A DNA stretch of 64,000 nucleotides from Candidatus Azambacteria bacterium. GTDB taxonomy: Bacteria; Patescibacteriota; Minisyncoccia; GWC2-36-17; WO2-46-25. Positions 47,673 through 57,565 of this stretch are shown piece by piece. Numbering within the stretch: position 1 is the first letter of the stretch; each line of letters starts with the position of its first letter. The position numbers and the translations under genes are program-made. Location of the stretch: positions 86 through 64,085 of the forward strand of contig JACQDT010000021.1 of NCBI GenBank assembly GCA_016200965.1, in the 5' to 3' direction. The notes below the pieces were generated by a model. That model did no database searches. It was not told where the DNA came from and worked only from the letters and a program-made list of their open reading frames with translations.

Positions 47673-48663
47673 ATACGCTTCTGAACCTGTCCTTTATCTC
47701 GTTATAATTTTCTATTCCCGCTCTGGGATACAGCACATACGCGCTGGCGGCGAATCCGGACGCCAATAAACCATTTTGGGAATCGTCAAACACAATCCTG
47801 GCAAGATCCGCCTCGCTCATCGCTTTCGCATATTTCGTAAAACGCAACAAACTGATGAAGTCAATGTCAGTATCCACACCTTCGGAAAGCGCGTCAAGCA
47901 TTTTGCTTAATTTGATCGGATTGGCGAATACGCCGATACCCGCGACCTTATTGCCAAGCGCCGTTAGTACGTCCTGCTGTCTCCGCGCGCGGTCAAAATC
48001 GTTTGAAGAATAGCGGGAACGGGAGTAATACAGCGCCGTTTCTCCATTCATATGATTTACGCCTTTCGGCACTTGGAAATCAAATCCCCACTGCGCCGAC
48101 TCCGAGAAATCATTCGGCACGTATACGTCAATGCCCCCTACCATATCAATCAGTTTCATGAATGATGAGAAATTGACGGCAATCGCATAGTCGATATGCA
48201 CGCCTGCGACCCGCTCGACGACGCGCGTCGCTATCTGCAAACCGTCGTGAAGCGTCTGCTTTCCGTATGCGTACGCGAAATTGATCTTTTCCATCTTTCC
48301 CCAGCCCGGCACACGCACGTACAGATCGCGCGGAATGGAAAACAGCGCGGCTTTGTTGGCATCGGTTTTTATGGAAAGCACCATCATGGTATCCGTCAGA
48401 TATTCGCCGTTAAGCACATCCCCCTTCCCCCGCAGGCCCATGATGAGGATATTGACCCTGTTTTTCTCCTGATAGTCGTCCTGGTTGTCAACCTGAAACA
48501 CTTTTGAGAACATCTTTGTATTGATGAGGGAAAACGTCTTTTCAACTTTGAAAAGAAAAAAACTTACAAACAGCAAAACAAATACTGCCGCACACGCGCC
48601 AAGCCGTTTCATCCACGACCATTTCCGCACCGTTTGTACTATTTTTTTCGTGATAAATCGCAT
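47662..48663 (-). CDS. LytR-CpsA-Psr (LCP) family cell-wall glycopolymer transferase
   Basis: N-terminal TM, NILIMG...DTMMVLS...FSIPRDLYV motifs. Confidence 0.85.
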   Translation of the reverse strand: MRFITKKIVQTVRKWSWMKRLGACAAVFVLLFVSFFLFKVEKTFSLINTKMFSKVFQVDNQDDYQEKNRVNILIMGLRGKGDVLNGEYLTDTMMVLSIKTDANKAALFSIPRDLYVRVPGWGKMEKINFAYAYGKQTLHDGLQIATRVVERVAGVHIDYAIAVNFSSFMKLIDMVGGIDVYVPNDFSESAQWGFDFQVPKGVNHMNGETALYYSRSRYSSNDFDRARRQQDVLTALGNKVAGIGVFANPIKLSKMLDALSEGVDTDIDFISLLRFTKYAKAMSEADLARIVFDDSQNGLLASGFAASAYVLYPRAGIENYNEIKDRFRSVFAK

Positions 48664-48669
48664 CTTATT

Positions 48670-49662
48670 TCATTGAAACCATTTCTCCATTTCCCGCCGC
48701 GCTATTTTTTTATGCGCCATGATATATCTCCGCTTCCTGAACACGCGCGGCAACAGATGAAACATGCGGGAAAGCGCTTGCAATACGAACGGTTCAAAAA
48801 TAATGACATAGCATAAAAGAAAAAATTCACGTACAAAAAAATATCGGAGATCTTTTAATTCGGAAATAAAAAAATCATTTTTGAGAAAAGTAAAATGCAG
48901 ATTTTGCCAGTCAAGCCGCCGCTTATGCGCGGGCACTGTTGTGCGCAATCGCATGAAATCAAACCAACTTCTGCTCAGCCGTTTCGTGGTCTGCCGGTCA
49001 TGAAAGGCAACCACGTCCGGCGCATAGTAGCTTTTCCACCCGAACAACCGCATCCGCCATCCCAAGTCGATATCGTCCGCATACCAAAAATAATCCTCGT
49101 CATGCGCTTCGCCCAGCACCTTGCTCTGTTCAAGCGCCTCGCGTCTCCAAAACGGCGCGGCACCCTCGTAGGAGAAAACCTCCCCTGCCTTGTATTGTCC
49201 TTTGTCTTTTTCCCCGTGCCCGCGATTAACGACCCTGCGCGATCTGAAAATTTCAAAACCGGTCGTATCGATCACATCCGTCGGTTTCCCGTCACGAAGC
49301 TGATAGATCTTCGCCTGCACAGCGCCGACATCGGGATGCGTTTCCATCGCCACGACGGCGTTTTTTACAAAGTCCTTGTCCAACATCACATCCACGCACA
49401 ACCCGAGAACATATTTCCCTTTTGTGAATTCAAGGCATTTATTCTGCCCCGGACCGAATCCGTAGTTTTGATGATTTTCAATCAACCGGAACTCAGAAAA
49501 TTCTTTCTTCACTATATCCTGGGTGCCATCGGTTGAATGATTGTCAAAGACCGTTAATGTAACGCTGTCGTATGTCTGCCTTTTGACCGCTTCCAAACAC
49601 TCTCTTATGTATTTTTTCCCGTTCCAGACGACGAGATTAATTGATACGAGCGGTTGTTCCAT
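48670..49662 (-). CDS. Glycosyltransferase family 2
   Basis: ISINLVVWNG...FDN(H)S DxD-type GT-A N-terminus. Confidence 0.8.
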   Translation of the reverse strand: MEQPLVSINLVVWNGKKYIRECLEAVKRQTYDSVTLTVFDNHSTDGTQDIVKKEFSEFRLIENHQNYGFGPGQNKCLEFTKGKYVLGLCVDVMLDKDFVKNAVVAMETHPDVGAVQAKIYQLRDGKPTDVIDTTGFEIFRSRRVVNRGHGEKDKGQYKAGEVFSYEGAAPFWRREALEQSKVLGEAHDEDYFWYADDIDLGWRMRLFGWKSYYAPDVVAFHDRQTTKRLSRSWFDFMRLRTTVPAHKRRLDWQNLHFTFLKNDFFISELKDLRYFFVREFFLLCYVIIFEPFVLQALSRMFHLLPRVFRKRRYIMAHKKIARREMEKWFQ

Positions 49663-51175
49663 AACGAGATGGGAGCGCGAAGATAACTCCCAGAAGGATC
49701 ATAAAAAGTAAAAATGCCCTTTCGTCAAAAACGGCAACATCCGTCATACTGTACCACAGTATCCACAAAAAATAAAGAAGGAAGTTAAGGCCGAAAAAAC
49801 TCATCAGGACATCCTCACGGCGCATGAAAAGGCGCCAACCCGCTTTCCATATTTCATATACGATACACATAAACAGGGCAAATCCGAATACGCCCAATTC
49901 CGCAAAGAAATTCAAATACAGATTGTGCGCCGACGCGCCCGCTTTGCTCGCGGTGGGATTTAACTTGAGTATGACGGGGAAATTCCCAACGCCCACCCCC
50001 AATAGCGGGTTGTTTTGTATTGAACCGATGGTCTTTTTCCAGATGAAAATCCTTCCCTGATTTGATGTCTCGCCTGTGTCCAATATGGACTTTATACGCT
50101 CCGCGAGCACCGCTCTTTCCGCCCCGGTTCCCGTGAGCTTGAACTGCGTTGAATTGAAGATAAAACTTGAGAGAAGAAGAAGAAGAAAAAATAAGATAAA
50201 CGGCGAAAATACCGCGGAGGGCAACTGGAATTTTTTCACAAAAAGATATCCTAAAAAAAGGAGGGGAAACAGCACGCTTGCCCATATGCCGCGCGTGCCG
50301 GAAAGCACCACCTCGGCGCACGCCAATGCGACAAGCAAGGAGACAAAAAACGTCTTCCGTAAAAACATCGCGAAACATATCACCATAAGAAGATACAACG
50401 GGAATGAATGGGTGTCCGGAAACGATGAAAACATGCGGAGGTGTATGGTGTCGTTGTAATACGCAAACCACGTATTGGCGTTGATGGCGATGTTGGCCCA
50501 TGCGGCGCCATACAACGTTTTATTCACTCCAAGCGCCCAAAATTCTGAAAAATTGTCCACGCCCATCGTATAGGCGGATATAAGCTGCAGCGCGCCGACC
50601 GCGATGACGACGCTTCCTCCAATAACCGCATTCCACGCTATCTTCACCGCATTTTCGCGATTCGCCGTCTGGCGCACCACGAAAAAAAGCATCCATAGGT
50701 TTGCAAAGTAAATAATGCGTTTTATGCCAAGTGTCGGATTTTCCGCGTTCACCAGGGAAAGAACGGACACAAGAAACAAAAGTAGGGCAAGCGTTTCCAC
50801 ACGCCACTCTTTCCACGCATACAACCATGCTCCCCAAAAACCCTGCCGCGCCTTTGAAAATAAGAGCGCGCAGCTGTTTAGGAATCCTGAAACGCGTTCA
50901 CCGACAAACAACCATCGCAAAAATAAAATGAGCACCGCCACACGCCACATGTTCAGCGAATCGAATGTTTCTGTAATGGGTAGCGCAACAAACACGGGGA
51001 TGGAGCGCGTAATGAAATACACCGACTCTTCAAGAGAACTAAATAACATAAAGAAGACGATTATCCCCGCCAAAAACAAAAAAACCTCCCGCGGGAAGAC
51101 GCCGAAAACAGCGAGCGTTACCGTCGCGACCTGCAGTGTAAATATAATATTCAATTTGGTGAAGTACGCATTCAT
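49637..51175 (-). CDS. O-antigen ligase / Wzy-type polymerase-like membrane protein
   Basis: ~12 TM, LSGTRGIWAS motif similar to the Wzy_C SR(G/S)AW signature. Confidence 0.7.
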   Translation of the reverse strand: MNAYFTKLNIIFTLQVATVTLAVFGVFPREVFLFLAGIIVFFMLFSSLEESVYFITRSIPVFVALPITETFDSLNMWRVAVLILFLRWLFVGERVSGFLNSCALLFSKARQGFWGAWLYAWKEWRVETLALLLFLVSVLSLVNAENPTLGIKRIIYFANLWMLFFVVRQTANRENAVKIAWNAVIGGSVVIAVGALQLISAYTMGVDNFSEFWALGVNKTLYGAAWANIAINANTWFAYYNDTIHLRMFSSFPDTHSFPLYLLMVICFAMFLRKTFFVSLLVALACAEVVLSGTRGIWASVLFPLLFLGYLFVKKFQLPSAVFSPFILFFLLLLLSSFIFNSTQFKLTGTGAERAVLAERIKSILDTGETSNQGRIFIWKKTIGSIQNNPLLGVGVGNFPVILKLNPTASKAGASAHNLYLNFFAELGVFGFALFMCIVYEIWKAGWRLFMRREDVLMSFFGLNFLLYFLWILWYSMTDVAVFDERAFLLFMILLGVIFALPSRYGTTARIN

Positions 51176-52347
51176 CGGTGTTTCGTGCCTGTGAGATTAT
51201 AAAAGACATCGAAAAGTTTTTCAATATGCGCCTGCCACGTGAATTTCCTCAAGCGCGCCGCCTGCTCCCGTGCGATTGCCCGGCTATGAGCTTCATTTTC
51301 AAATACTTCGGTTAAACAAGCCGCGATCTTGCTGGGATCGGAGGGATCACCCACAAAAAATCCTTCTTCTCCGAAAAACTCGCGGGTCGTGGGCGTGTCC
51401 GCAATAACTGCGGGCGTGCCGCACAAAACCGCCTCAACAGGCGGGAGACCGAACGCTTCCTTTGAAGATACGTATACAAGCGCCTTCGCCTCGTTCATTA
51501 TATAGGGCATGACCTCGCGCGCAAGATAGCCGACGAGTACTACTGCCTTCCTTCCTTCCTTTCCATTCACTTTATCGACCGACGCTGCAAGTACCGGAGG
51601 ATCGTATTTATCCGTGCACGCGACAAGATACTGAAGGCGCGGATGGTGCGCCGCAACCCGCCCGAATGCTTCAATCGCCTCTTTGACATGCCTGCGCGGA
51701 AACGCTTGTCCCACGGAAACGATAAAATCATTTTCAATGCCAAACTTTTTCTTCAGCGCGCGCATATTCGCATCGTATTGAGCCGTATGCGCAAGCGCGC
51801 GAAACGACTCTTGAATGCTCCAGGGGTTCACGAAAATGCGTCCGTCCGGAATACCGTAAAACCGCTGTAACTCCTTTTTGGAAAATTCGGAAATAGTCAT
51901 GATGTGTGCGCGCTTCGCCGCCCACCAGCAAAAAAGCAAATACGATATCCTGTGCTTGAACGGAATGGTGCCGTGGTGCGCCTCCCAATAGACGTCGTTA
52001 ACCAGCACTACCACCGCTTTCCCGACAAAAAACGCGGGCAACATATTGCTCGGGAACAAAAACACGTCAATGACGTCCATCCAATACCGCAGCGGTAAGA
52101 GGATGTGATAAAACACGTTGAAGCTCAGATTGAACAATCCCTTCCCTTGCATCAGCACTCTTTTTTCAAACACGGGATGATCCAAAAATGCGTCGCCGGG
52201 TAATTTTTCCTTGAAATACAATACAAACCGAAAATGCCTTTGCACATCGGGCACTTTTGTCATTGCCTCCAGAAGCTGGGCGAGGGTATGCCCTATCCCG
52301 AACCGATTCTGCTCCAATTGCTCGCATTCAATGCCGACGCGTATCAT
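51172..52347 (-). CDS. Glycosyltransferase family 1 (GT4-type)
   Basis: C-terminal VSSKEAFGLPPVEA...GTPAV GT-B motif. Confidence 0.8.
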   Translation of the reverse strand: MIRVGIECEQLEQNRFGIGHTLAQLLEAMTKVPDVQRHFRFVLYFKEKLPGDAFLDHPVFEKRVLMQGKGLFNLSFNVFYHILLPLRYWMDVIDVFLFPSNMLPAFFVGKAVVVLVNDVYWEAHHGTIPFKHRISYLLFCWWAAKRAHIMTISEFSKKELQRFYGIPDGRIFVNPWSIQESFRALAHTAQYDANMRALKKKFGIENDFIVSVGQAFPRRHVKEAIEAFGRVAAHHPRLQYLVACTDKYDPPVLAASVDKVNGKEGRKAVVLVGYLAREVMPYIMNEAKALVYVSSKEAFGLPPVEAVLCGTPAVIADTPTTREFFGEEGFFVGDPSDPSKIAACLTEVFENEAHSRAIAREQAARLRKFTWQAHIEKLFDVFYNLTGTKHR

Positions 52348-52420
52348 ATATCAATAATGGTACGGCATCATGTAAAAAAGATAAAGCGCGGAAAGATTCT
52401 CTCTTCCCGCGCTTTGTAAC

Positions 52421-52930
52421 TTAATATACCCGTCCTTTCACCCCGAATGCGATTTTGCTGAATGCTTTAAATGGAATATTTGCAAGACATAACAAGTGCA
52501 ATTCCATTAAAGCCTCTTTGACTTTTTCAATCGCGCTCAAAGAATTCGCCTCCGCTTTCTTTATTCCCACATCGACCAAAAGATTAACCTCATCCATGTT
52601 GGAAAGGATCTTTTTGGCAATTTCCTGGATATCTTGAACTGCACCGTTATTTCTTGTTCCCGTATAATAACCACGCGGAACGGTTCCCTGTACTACGCAT
52701 GCAATATGAACTTCTACATGTGTTTTTTCTATCGCCGCGATACAGCGTGAGAGTCGCCAAAGCGCAAGCCCTATTCGTTCGCGCAATTTTCGTCCCAGTA
52801 ATATACTCCTCTCCTTGCCATTATCCGCTCTTACCAAATCAATCATATCCACGTTGATATAGCGCACCGCCCACGTCAGAAACGAAATACCAACGAGAAT
52901 GAAAAAAAGAATAAAAACAAGAAAATACAT
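52421..52930 (-). CDS. Hypothetical membrane-anchored protein (169 aa)
   Basis: N-terminal TM; no family. Confidence 0.45.
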   Translation of the reverse strand: MYFLVFILFFILVGISFLTWAVRYINVDMIDLVRADNGKERSILLGRKLRERIGLALWRLSRCIAAIEKTHVEVHIACVVQGTVPRGYYTGTRNNGAVQDIQEIAKKILSNMDEVNLLVDVGIKKAEANSLSAIEKVKEALMELHLLCLANIPFKAFSKIAFGVKGRVY

Positions 52931-53039
52931 AGCCCACCGCCCTTTCTTTTGTATGGTTTTTAAATGAACGGTCCGAAACTCATATTGCTATGGCTACAAT
53001 GGTAACACCTGAATGGAAAATATCAATGTCACGCAAGTA

Positions 53040-53068
53040 TTGACAAACATGGAAAATGAGTGTATACT
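53040..53068 (+). promoter_or_regulatory. Consensus sigma70 promoter TTGACA-17-TATACT
   Basis: Read directly; followed by a strong SD (gaggaggg) and ATG at 53104. Confidence 0.5.
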
Positions 53069-53103
53069 TAAGTTATAAAAAAATCAAACGAGAGGAGGGA
53101 AAA

Positions 53104-53382
53104 ATGAGCGCCAGCCAAGGCAAAATCGTCAGAGATATTGGTTGGATGTGCCAGGAGCCGGTCTGCCATAAACCCGTTGGGAAGATTAAAAAGTTCTGTC
53201 CGTGGTGCGGGACAGAAAACCCTCATTTTGATGAGGATGAATGTGAATACCGGTTGGGAGCCCTGCGAAGAAGAAAAAAGGATTGTACATACGGGCATCC
53301 CACAGCAAAAGAAAGCAGGAGAGAATTTCCCGGTCAGGCGTATTGCTTTCTTTGTGGAGTATTCATCGGGACTGAAAACTGA
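53104..53382 (+). CDS. Small zinc-ribbon protein (92 aa)
   Basis: CxxC...CPWCG...CFLCG cysteine pairs; strong SD; terminator downstream. Confidence 0.55.
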   Translation: MSASQGKIVRDIGWMCQEPVCHKPVGKIKKFCPWCGTENPHFDEDECEYRLGALRRRKKDCTYGHPTAKESRREFPGQAYCFLCGVFIGTEN

Positions 53383-53386
53383 AACG

Positions 53387-53416
53387 AATGGCCCAACCAA
53401 AATTTGGTTGGGCCAT
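53387..53416 (+). terminator. Rho-independent terminator
   Basis: aatggcccaacc-aaaatt-tggttgggccatt followed by ctgcttttt. Confidence 0.6.
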
Positions 53417-53435
53417 TCTGCTTTTTGTCCGTATG

Positions 53436-56054
53436 CTAATATGCTTTCTCAACGCTCACTCCTTTGTAATAGTAGGCCAGAATATCCTTATACGTCTTCC
53501 CAAGCTCCGCAAGACGCCGCGCGCCTGCCGCGCTCATGCCCACGCCGTGGCTTGCTTTTTGTACGGCCGCGTCGCGACGAATCGTTCCCTCCGGATCCCT
53601 CACTCCTCCTGAAAGATACGCGTAATCCGGCGAGCAAAATTCTCCGCCAAACGCGGTGCAGGCGTTTTTCGTGACGCCCCCGGAATCGGAGGAATATACT
53701 GCCCGGGCAATTTTCCCATTATACTTCATCGCTTCTCCCGCGGTCGCCTCCTGGGCCTGAACAAGTTTTGGCGCATACTGCTCCCACCCGTATCCCTTAT
53801 ATACCTGATCTGAGGACGTACTGCCCAAATGAAAGACCTCACCCTTATATTTCCCTCCGTTATCCAGATGAAAAAGCGCGTAACTGCGAGCGGCAACCGC
53901 AAACGCTTTTTGATACTCCGGATGATCTGAGTTTAACGCCTCACCGATACCGGCAAGATATTTTTCAAGCGGGAGTTCGTTCACCATCCATACTTTTTTT
54001 GACACGGGAGAATACGCCAGTTCAAGATTCCCGCGGAAAGAATTGAAATTAACCGATTTGTTCCAATTATATAAACTGTAGCTTGCGACGGTAAAGATCG
54101 TGCCGTCGCTCTGCGCGGTGAATGTTGTGTTACCCGCCATTTTCCAATTGACGACCGCAATATCTCCCGCTCCGTATTCCTTCTGACCGCCCCCCGCAAA
54201 AAAAGTTTTAAACGCCCCGTTTGCGCTCACCGATACATTTTCATCCTCGCTCACGCTAAATAATCCGATCCGTATGTTGCGATCTGATGACTGTTGCTCC
54301 TCCGACGGCAGTGAAACGCTTATTTTTTGCGCAACCGGCACCTTCCCTTGCGTAATATTTTTCCAGTCCTCCGGTGCGGCGACTGCAGGGCCGTCCGGGT
54401 AGCGCGCCAGATTTTCAACGCTCAACTGCACCGTTTTGGCGATCTTGAACCCCGATTTCTGTAATATATCGTACTGGGTTATCCAATGTTTTTTGCCGCC
54501 GAACACCGCATACAATTCCGGCCGCGGCGCGGCGCGTACCAGCGTGCCATTGGGAAGCAACAACTCCCCCTTATCCGGATAAAGGTCAAAATCCTTTTGG
54601 GAAATAATCGCTATTTTTGTACGGCTAAATTTCCAGCGGTCAAACATTTCCCATGAAGGTATGAGTTTTCTTCCCCCGTCGGCAATAACATAATTGGGTG
54701 CGGATGCTTTATAGGAAAGCGATACAAGTGTATTATCGGGAAGCCCGACCACGCCGTCGGAAGGATACTCTTCAAGTTCCGTTTCAAACACGGATACCAC
54801 GTTCTTCTGTTTGAATTTGCGCTGTTGGAATATCTTTTGCGAAAGAATATGGCGCTTCTTGCCCCCATTGCCGACCAGGTACGTCTTTCCGCTCTTTGCA
54901 GAGGCAAGCAATGTCCCGTCGGGAAATACGATCGGATTTCCTTTTGCGTATCCGAGCAGTTCCCTGTCTGAAAGCACCCGCACGTCCCCCAGCGAATATC
55001 CCAGCCGTTTAAATAATACGGCGGAAGTGATGTGACGGCGTTTCCCGTCTTCTATTTTATATATTTCTCCGCGCGTGCGGCTTTTTATGAGCGTACCGTC
55101 CGGCAACACGGTCTTATTTTCTTCGGGAAAAAGATATAGTTGGTTACTGTTGATTGCTACCGCCTGATCACCTGTATTCGTCAATTTCTTTATCACTCCT
55201 CCCACGACATCAAAGACCTGCGAAGTCCCCTGCTCTACATAGTGTAATCCCGCATATTTTTCTTTCCATACGCTTGCTTCCTGCCGAAGACGGCTCATAT
55301 CAAGCACGCCCGGATCGGAATTGGTTACCTCGATTTCCTTGTGTCCCAAAACCACCGGCCCGGTGAAAGAAGACGAGAAGCTCCCGAACTGCGGGTCGCA
55401 CTTTCCATTCAGTTTCGGATTTGCCCATATCAGGGTGGTCTTTGACAGTTCGGCGGGCTGGATCCCGTTAGTGGCGGAAAGCCACCCTACGAGTTTGGAA
55501 AGCGATGCAAATGCGGCGGCGGGAACCTGCGTATTGGCATAATTGCCCAGCAACACTATCCCGATGGTGCCCACGTTGAAATTACGGCATGTTTTTGAAT
55601 CATACACATGCGCGCCGCGCGCCCCGTTGCCCCCGTAACGCGCTTCATAAATATTCCCTTTGCGGTCAACGATATACTGATACCCGATATCTCCCCATCC
55701 GCGGATCACGGCGTGATTGCGGTAAATGCTCTGGATAACCTCAATCGGATTGACCGTATCGCTATTGCAACGGGAGCTGCTTGGCGGACAGCCGGCATCA
55801 TGGATGACAATGCGTTCCACTGGCGCATAATCCGGGATAGCTTCATTGCTGTTGGGATTCCCGTTTTCCGGGGAGTTGGCATCTTTATCTTCCGGCGCCC
55901 ATTGCAAGATGCCGGAAAGCGCCGCGCTATTTTCCCATGTTTCCCGCGGCAGTATCAACGGCACATCGGAATCCGCGTATGTTCCCGCAGATCCGGCAAA
56001 GGGAAATGCGGCAAAAACAAGCGCGAAGATAATAATGTAAATATTATTTAACAT
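53436..56054 (-). CDS. Secreted cell-wall hydrolase: N-acetylmuramoyl-L-alanine amidase (Amidase_2/PGRP) + repeat domains + C-terminal SpoIID/LytB domain
   Basis: Signal peptide; IVIHDAG...GWGDIGYQYIVDRKGNIYEAR amidase_2 motif; C-terminal SpoIID-like ...YSSDSGGVT... Confidence 0.75.
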   Translation of the reverse strand: MLNNIYIIIFALVFAAFPFAGSAGTYADSDVPLILPRETWENSAALSGILQWAPEDKDANSPENGNPNSNEAIPDYAPVERIVIHDAGCPPSSSRCNSDTVNPIEVIQSIYRNHAVIRGWGDIGYQYIVDRKGNIYEARYGGNGARGAHVYDSKTCRNFNVGTIGIVLLGNYANTQVPAAAFASLSKLVGWLSATNGIQPAELSKTTLIWANPKLNGKCDPQFGSFSSSFTGPVVLGHKEIEVTNSDPGVLDMSRLRQEASVWKEKYAGLHYVEQGTSQVFDVVGGVIKKLTNTGDQAVAINSNQLYLFPEENKTVLPDGTLIKSRTRGEIYKIEDGKRRHITSAVLFKRLGYSLGDVRVLSDRELLGYAKGNPIVFPDGTLLASAKSGKTYLVGNGGKKRHILSQKIFQQRKFKQKNVVSVFETELEEYPSDGVVGLPDNTLVSLSYKASAPNYVIADGGRKLIPSWEMFDRWKFSRTKIAIISQKDFDLYPDKGELLLPNGTLVRAAPRPELYAVFGGKKHWITQYDILQKSGFKIAKTVQLSVENLARYPDGPAVAAPEDWKNITQGKVPVAQKISVSLPSEEQQSSDRNIRIGLFSVSEDENVSVSANGAFKTFFAGGGQKEYGAGDIAVVNWKMAGNTTFTAQSDGTIFTVASYSLYNWNKSVNFNSFRGNLELAYSPVSKKVWMVNELPLEKYLAGIGEALNSDHPEYQKAFAVAARSYALFHLDNGGKYKGEVFHLGSTSSDQVYKGYGWEQYAPKLVQAQEATAGEAMKYNGKIARAVYSSDSGGVTKNACTAFGGEFCSPDYAYLSGGVRDPEGTIRRDAAVQKASHGVGMSAAGARRLAELGKTYKDILAYYYKGVSVEKAY

Positions 56055-56796
56055 GTGTACTTCTCTGTTTTGGTTTTAACATTGCTTCGCGAAATACCAG
56101 GAAAGGAAAAATTATCACCGCATTCACTATCCGCTTAAACCGCTTCCGCGGTTCCCGCACAAAACGCCACAACCATTCCAATCCCGCCTTTTGCATGAAT
56201 CGCGGAGCGCGAGGCGTTGCACCAGAAAGCATGTCAAACGCGCCTCCCACTGCCATCGCCACACGAATCCTTGATAAGTGCCGTAAATGATGGAATATCC
56301 ATTCCTCCTGCAAAGGAGAACCGAGACCAACAAACACCACATCCGCGCGGTGAAGCGCCCGGTTTTCCTTCCACATCTTAAGACCTTCAAAGCCATCGCA
56401 CCACCCCGCAACCTCCAATGCCGGAAACATACGCTGTATCGCCATAGACGCTCCTTGCGCCGTGCCGTTTCTTCCTCCAAGAAAAAATACGGATTTCCCA
56501 AGCCGTGAAGCGTCTTGGCACACGCGGAGCATCAAATCAGCCCCTGCAATTCGTTCCCTGAAAGATGCGCCGACCAATCGTCCGAATAATTTCAATCCAA
56601 AACCGTCGGGAAATAAAAGATTCGCGCTTTGCACTATATCACGGAATGCCTTATCGCGGGACGCGGCCACGAGTATTTCCGGATTGCAATAAAACACCGC
56701 CCGCGCCCATGCGGACGAATACATCTGGACAATCCGTGTAGCCGCTTCATCGAGCGTCACGTCGTCTATGGATACTTCTAAAACTTTGTATCGCAT
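56044..56796 (-). CDS. WecB/TagA/CpsF family glycosyltransferase (GT26)
   Basis: VFFLGG...VGLGSPLQE GT26 signature. Confidence 0.8.
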   Translation of the reverse strand: MRYKVLEVSIDDVTLDEAATRIVQMYSSAWARAVFYCNPEILVAASRDKAFRDIVQSANLLFPDGFGLKLFGRLVGASFRERIAGADLMLRVCQDASRLGKSVFFLGGRNGTAQGASMAIQRMFPALEVAGWCDGFEGLKMWKENRALHRADVVFVGLGSPLQEEWIFHHLRHLSRIRVAMAVGGAFDMLSGATPRAPRFMQKAGLEWLWRFVREPRKRFKRIVNAVIIFPFLVFREAMLKPKQRSTHVK

Positions 56797-56841
56797 CTAC
56801 TTTCATTTTAACAAAAATTGCGGTATCATAAAAGAACATAT

Positions 56842-57072
56842 ATGGCCGTCCACAACGAATTTCAGGATTTTGCAGACCGCCACTACCAATGGCTCGGAGG
56901 ACGAAAACACTTCGGGTATTTAGTGAAAATGGCAAAAAAATTCGGGGTATCGCGCTGTGATGAAATCATCTCCATGATGAAACATGAAAAAGAATTGAAG
57001 AAAGAAAGCAGGATCAAGTATTTCAACGCCTGCTTTCGCACTCCGCCGGCGAAGAAACAAAAAACAGAGTGA
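56842..57072 (+). CDS. Hypothetical small protein
   Basis: ORF upstream of def; no family. Confidence 0.4.
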   Translation: MAVHNEFQDFADRHYQWLGGRKHFGYLVKMAKKFGVSRCDEIISMMKHEKELKKESRIKYFNACFRTPPAKKQKTE

Positions 57073-57073
57073 C

Positions 57074-57565
57074 ATGACAATACTTACCATCGAAACCGAA
57101 CTCAAAGGGAAAAACAAGATCCTCAGGGCGACATCAAAAGAAGTGAAAGATATCAAAAGCCCCGGGGTGCAAAAACTCGTGCGCGATATGCATAAAACGC
57201 TCGCCGCGACCGAACACGGCATCGGGCTTGCCGCGCCGCAGGTGGGAGCGAATGTGAGGATCTTCGTCGCTTCTCCGGCGCTTGGTTTGAATCAAACCGT
57301 CTTCATCAATCCCATCATCCTCAAAATCTCAAATAAAACGGAGCAGATAGAAGAAGGGTGCCTTTCCTTGCCGGGACTCTACGGGAAAATCGCGCGCGCA
57401 ACCTCACTGAAAGTTCAAGCCCAAAACCAAAACGGCAGAATATTCAAAATGAAAGCAGAGGGGCTTATCGCCCAGCTCATCCAGCACGAAATCGGCCACC
57501 TGGACGGCGAACTTTTCAAAGACAAGGCCCAGGAACTGTTTCCGGTGAACAAAGAAAAGAAATGA
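57074..57565 (+). CDS. def: Peptide deformylase
   Basis: GIGLAAPQ, EGCLSLPG and QHEIGHLDG (HExxH) motifs. Confidence 0.92.
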   Translation: MTILTIETELKGKNKILRATSKEVKDIKSPGVQKLVRDMHKTLAATEHGIGLAAPQVGANVRIFVASPALGLNQTVFINPIILKISNKTEQIEEGCLSLPGLYGKIARATSLKVQAQNQNGRIFKMKAEGLIAQLIQHEIGHLDGELFKDKAQELFPVNKEKK

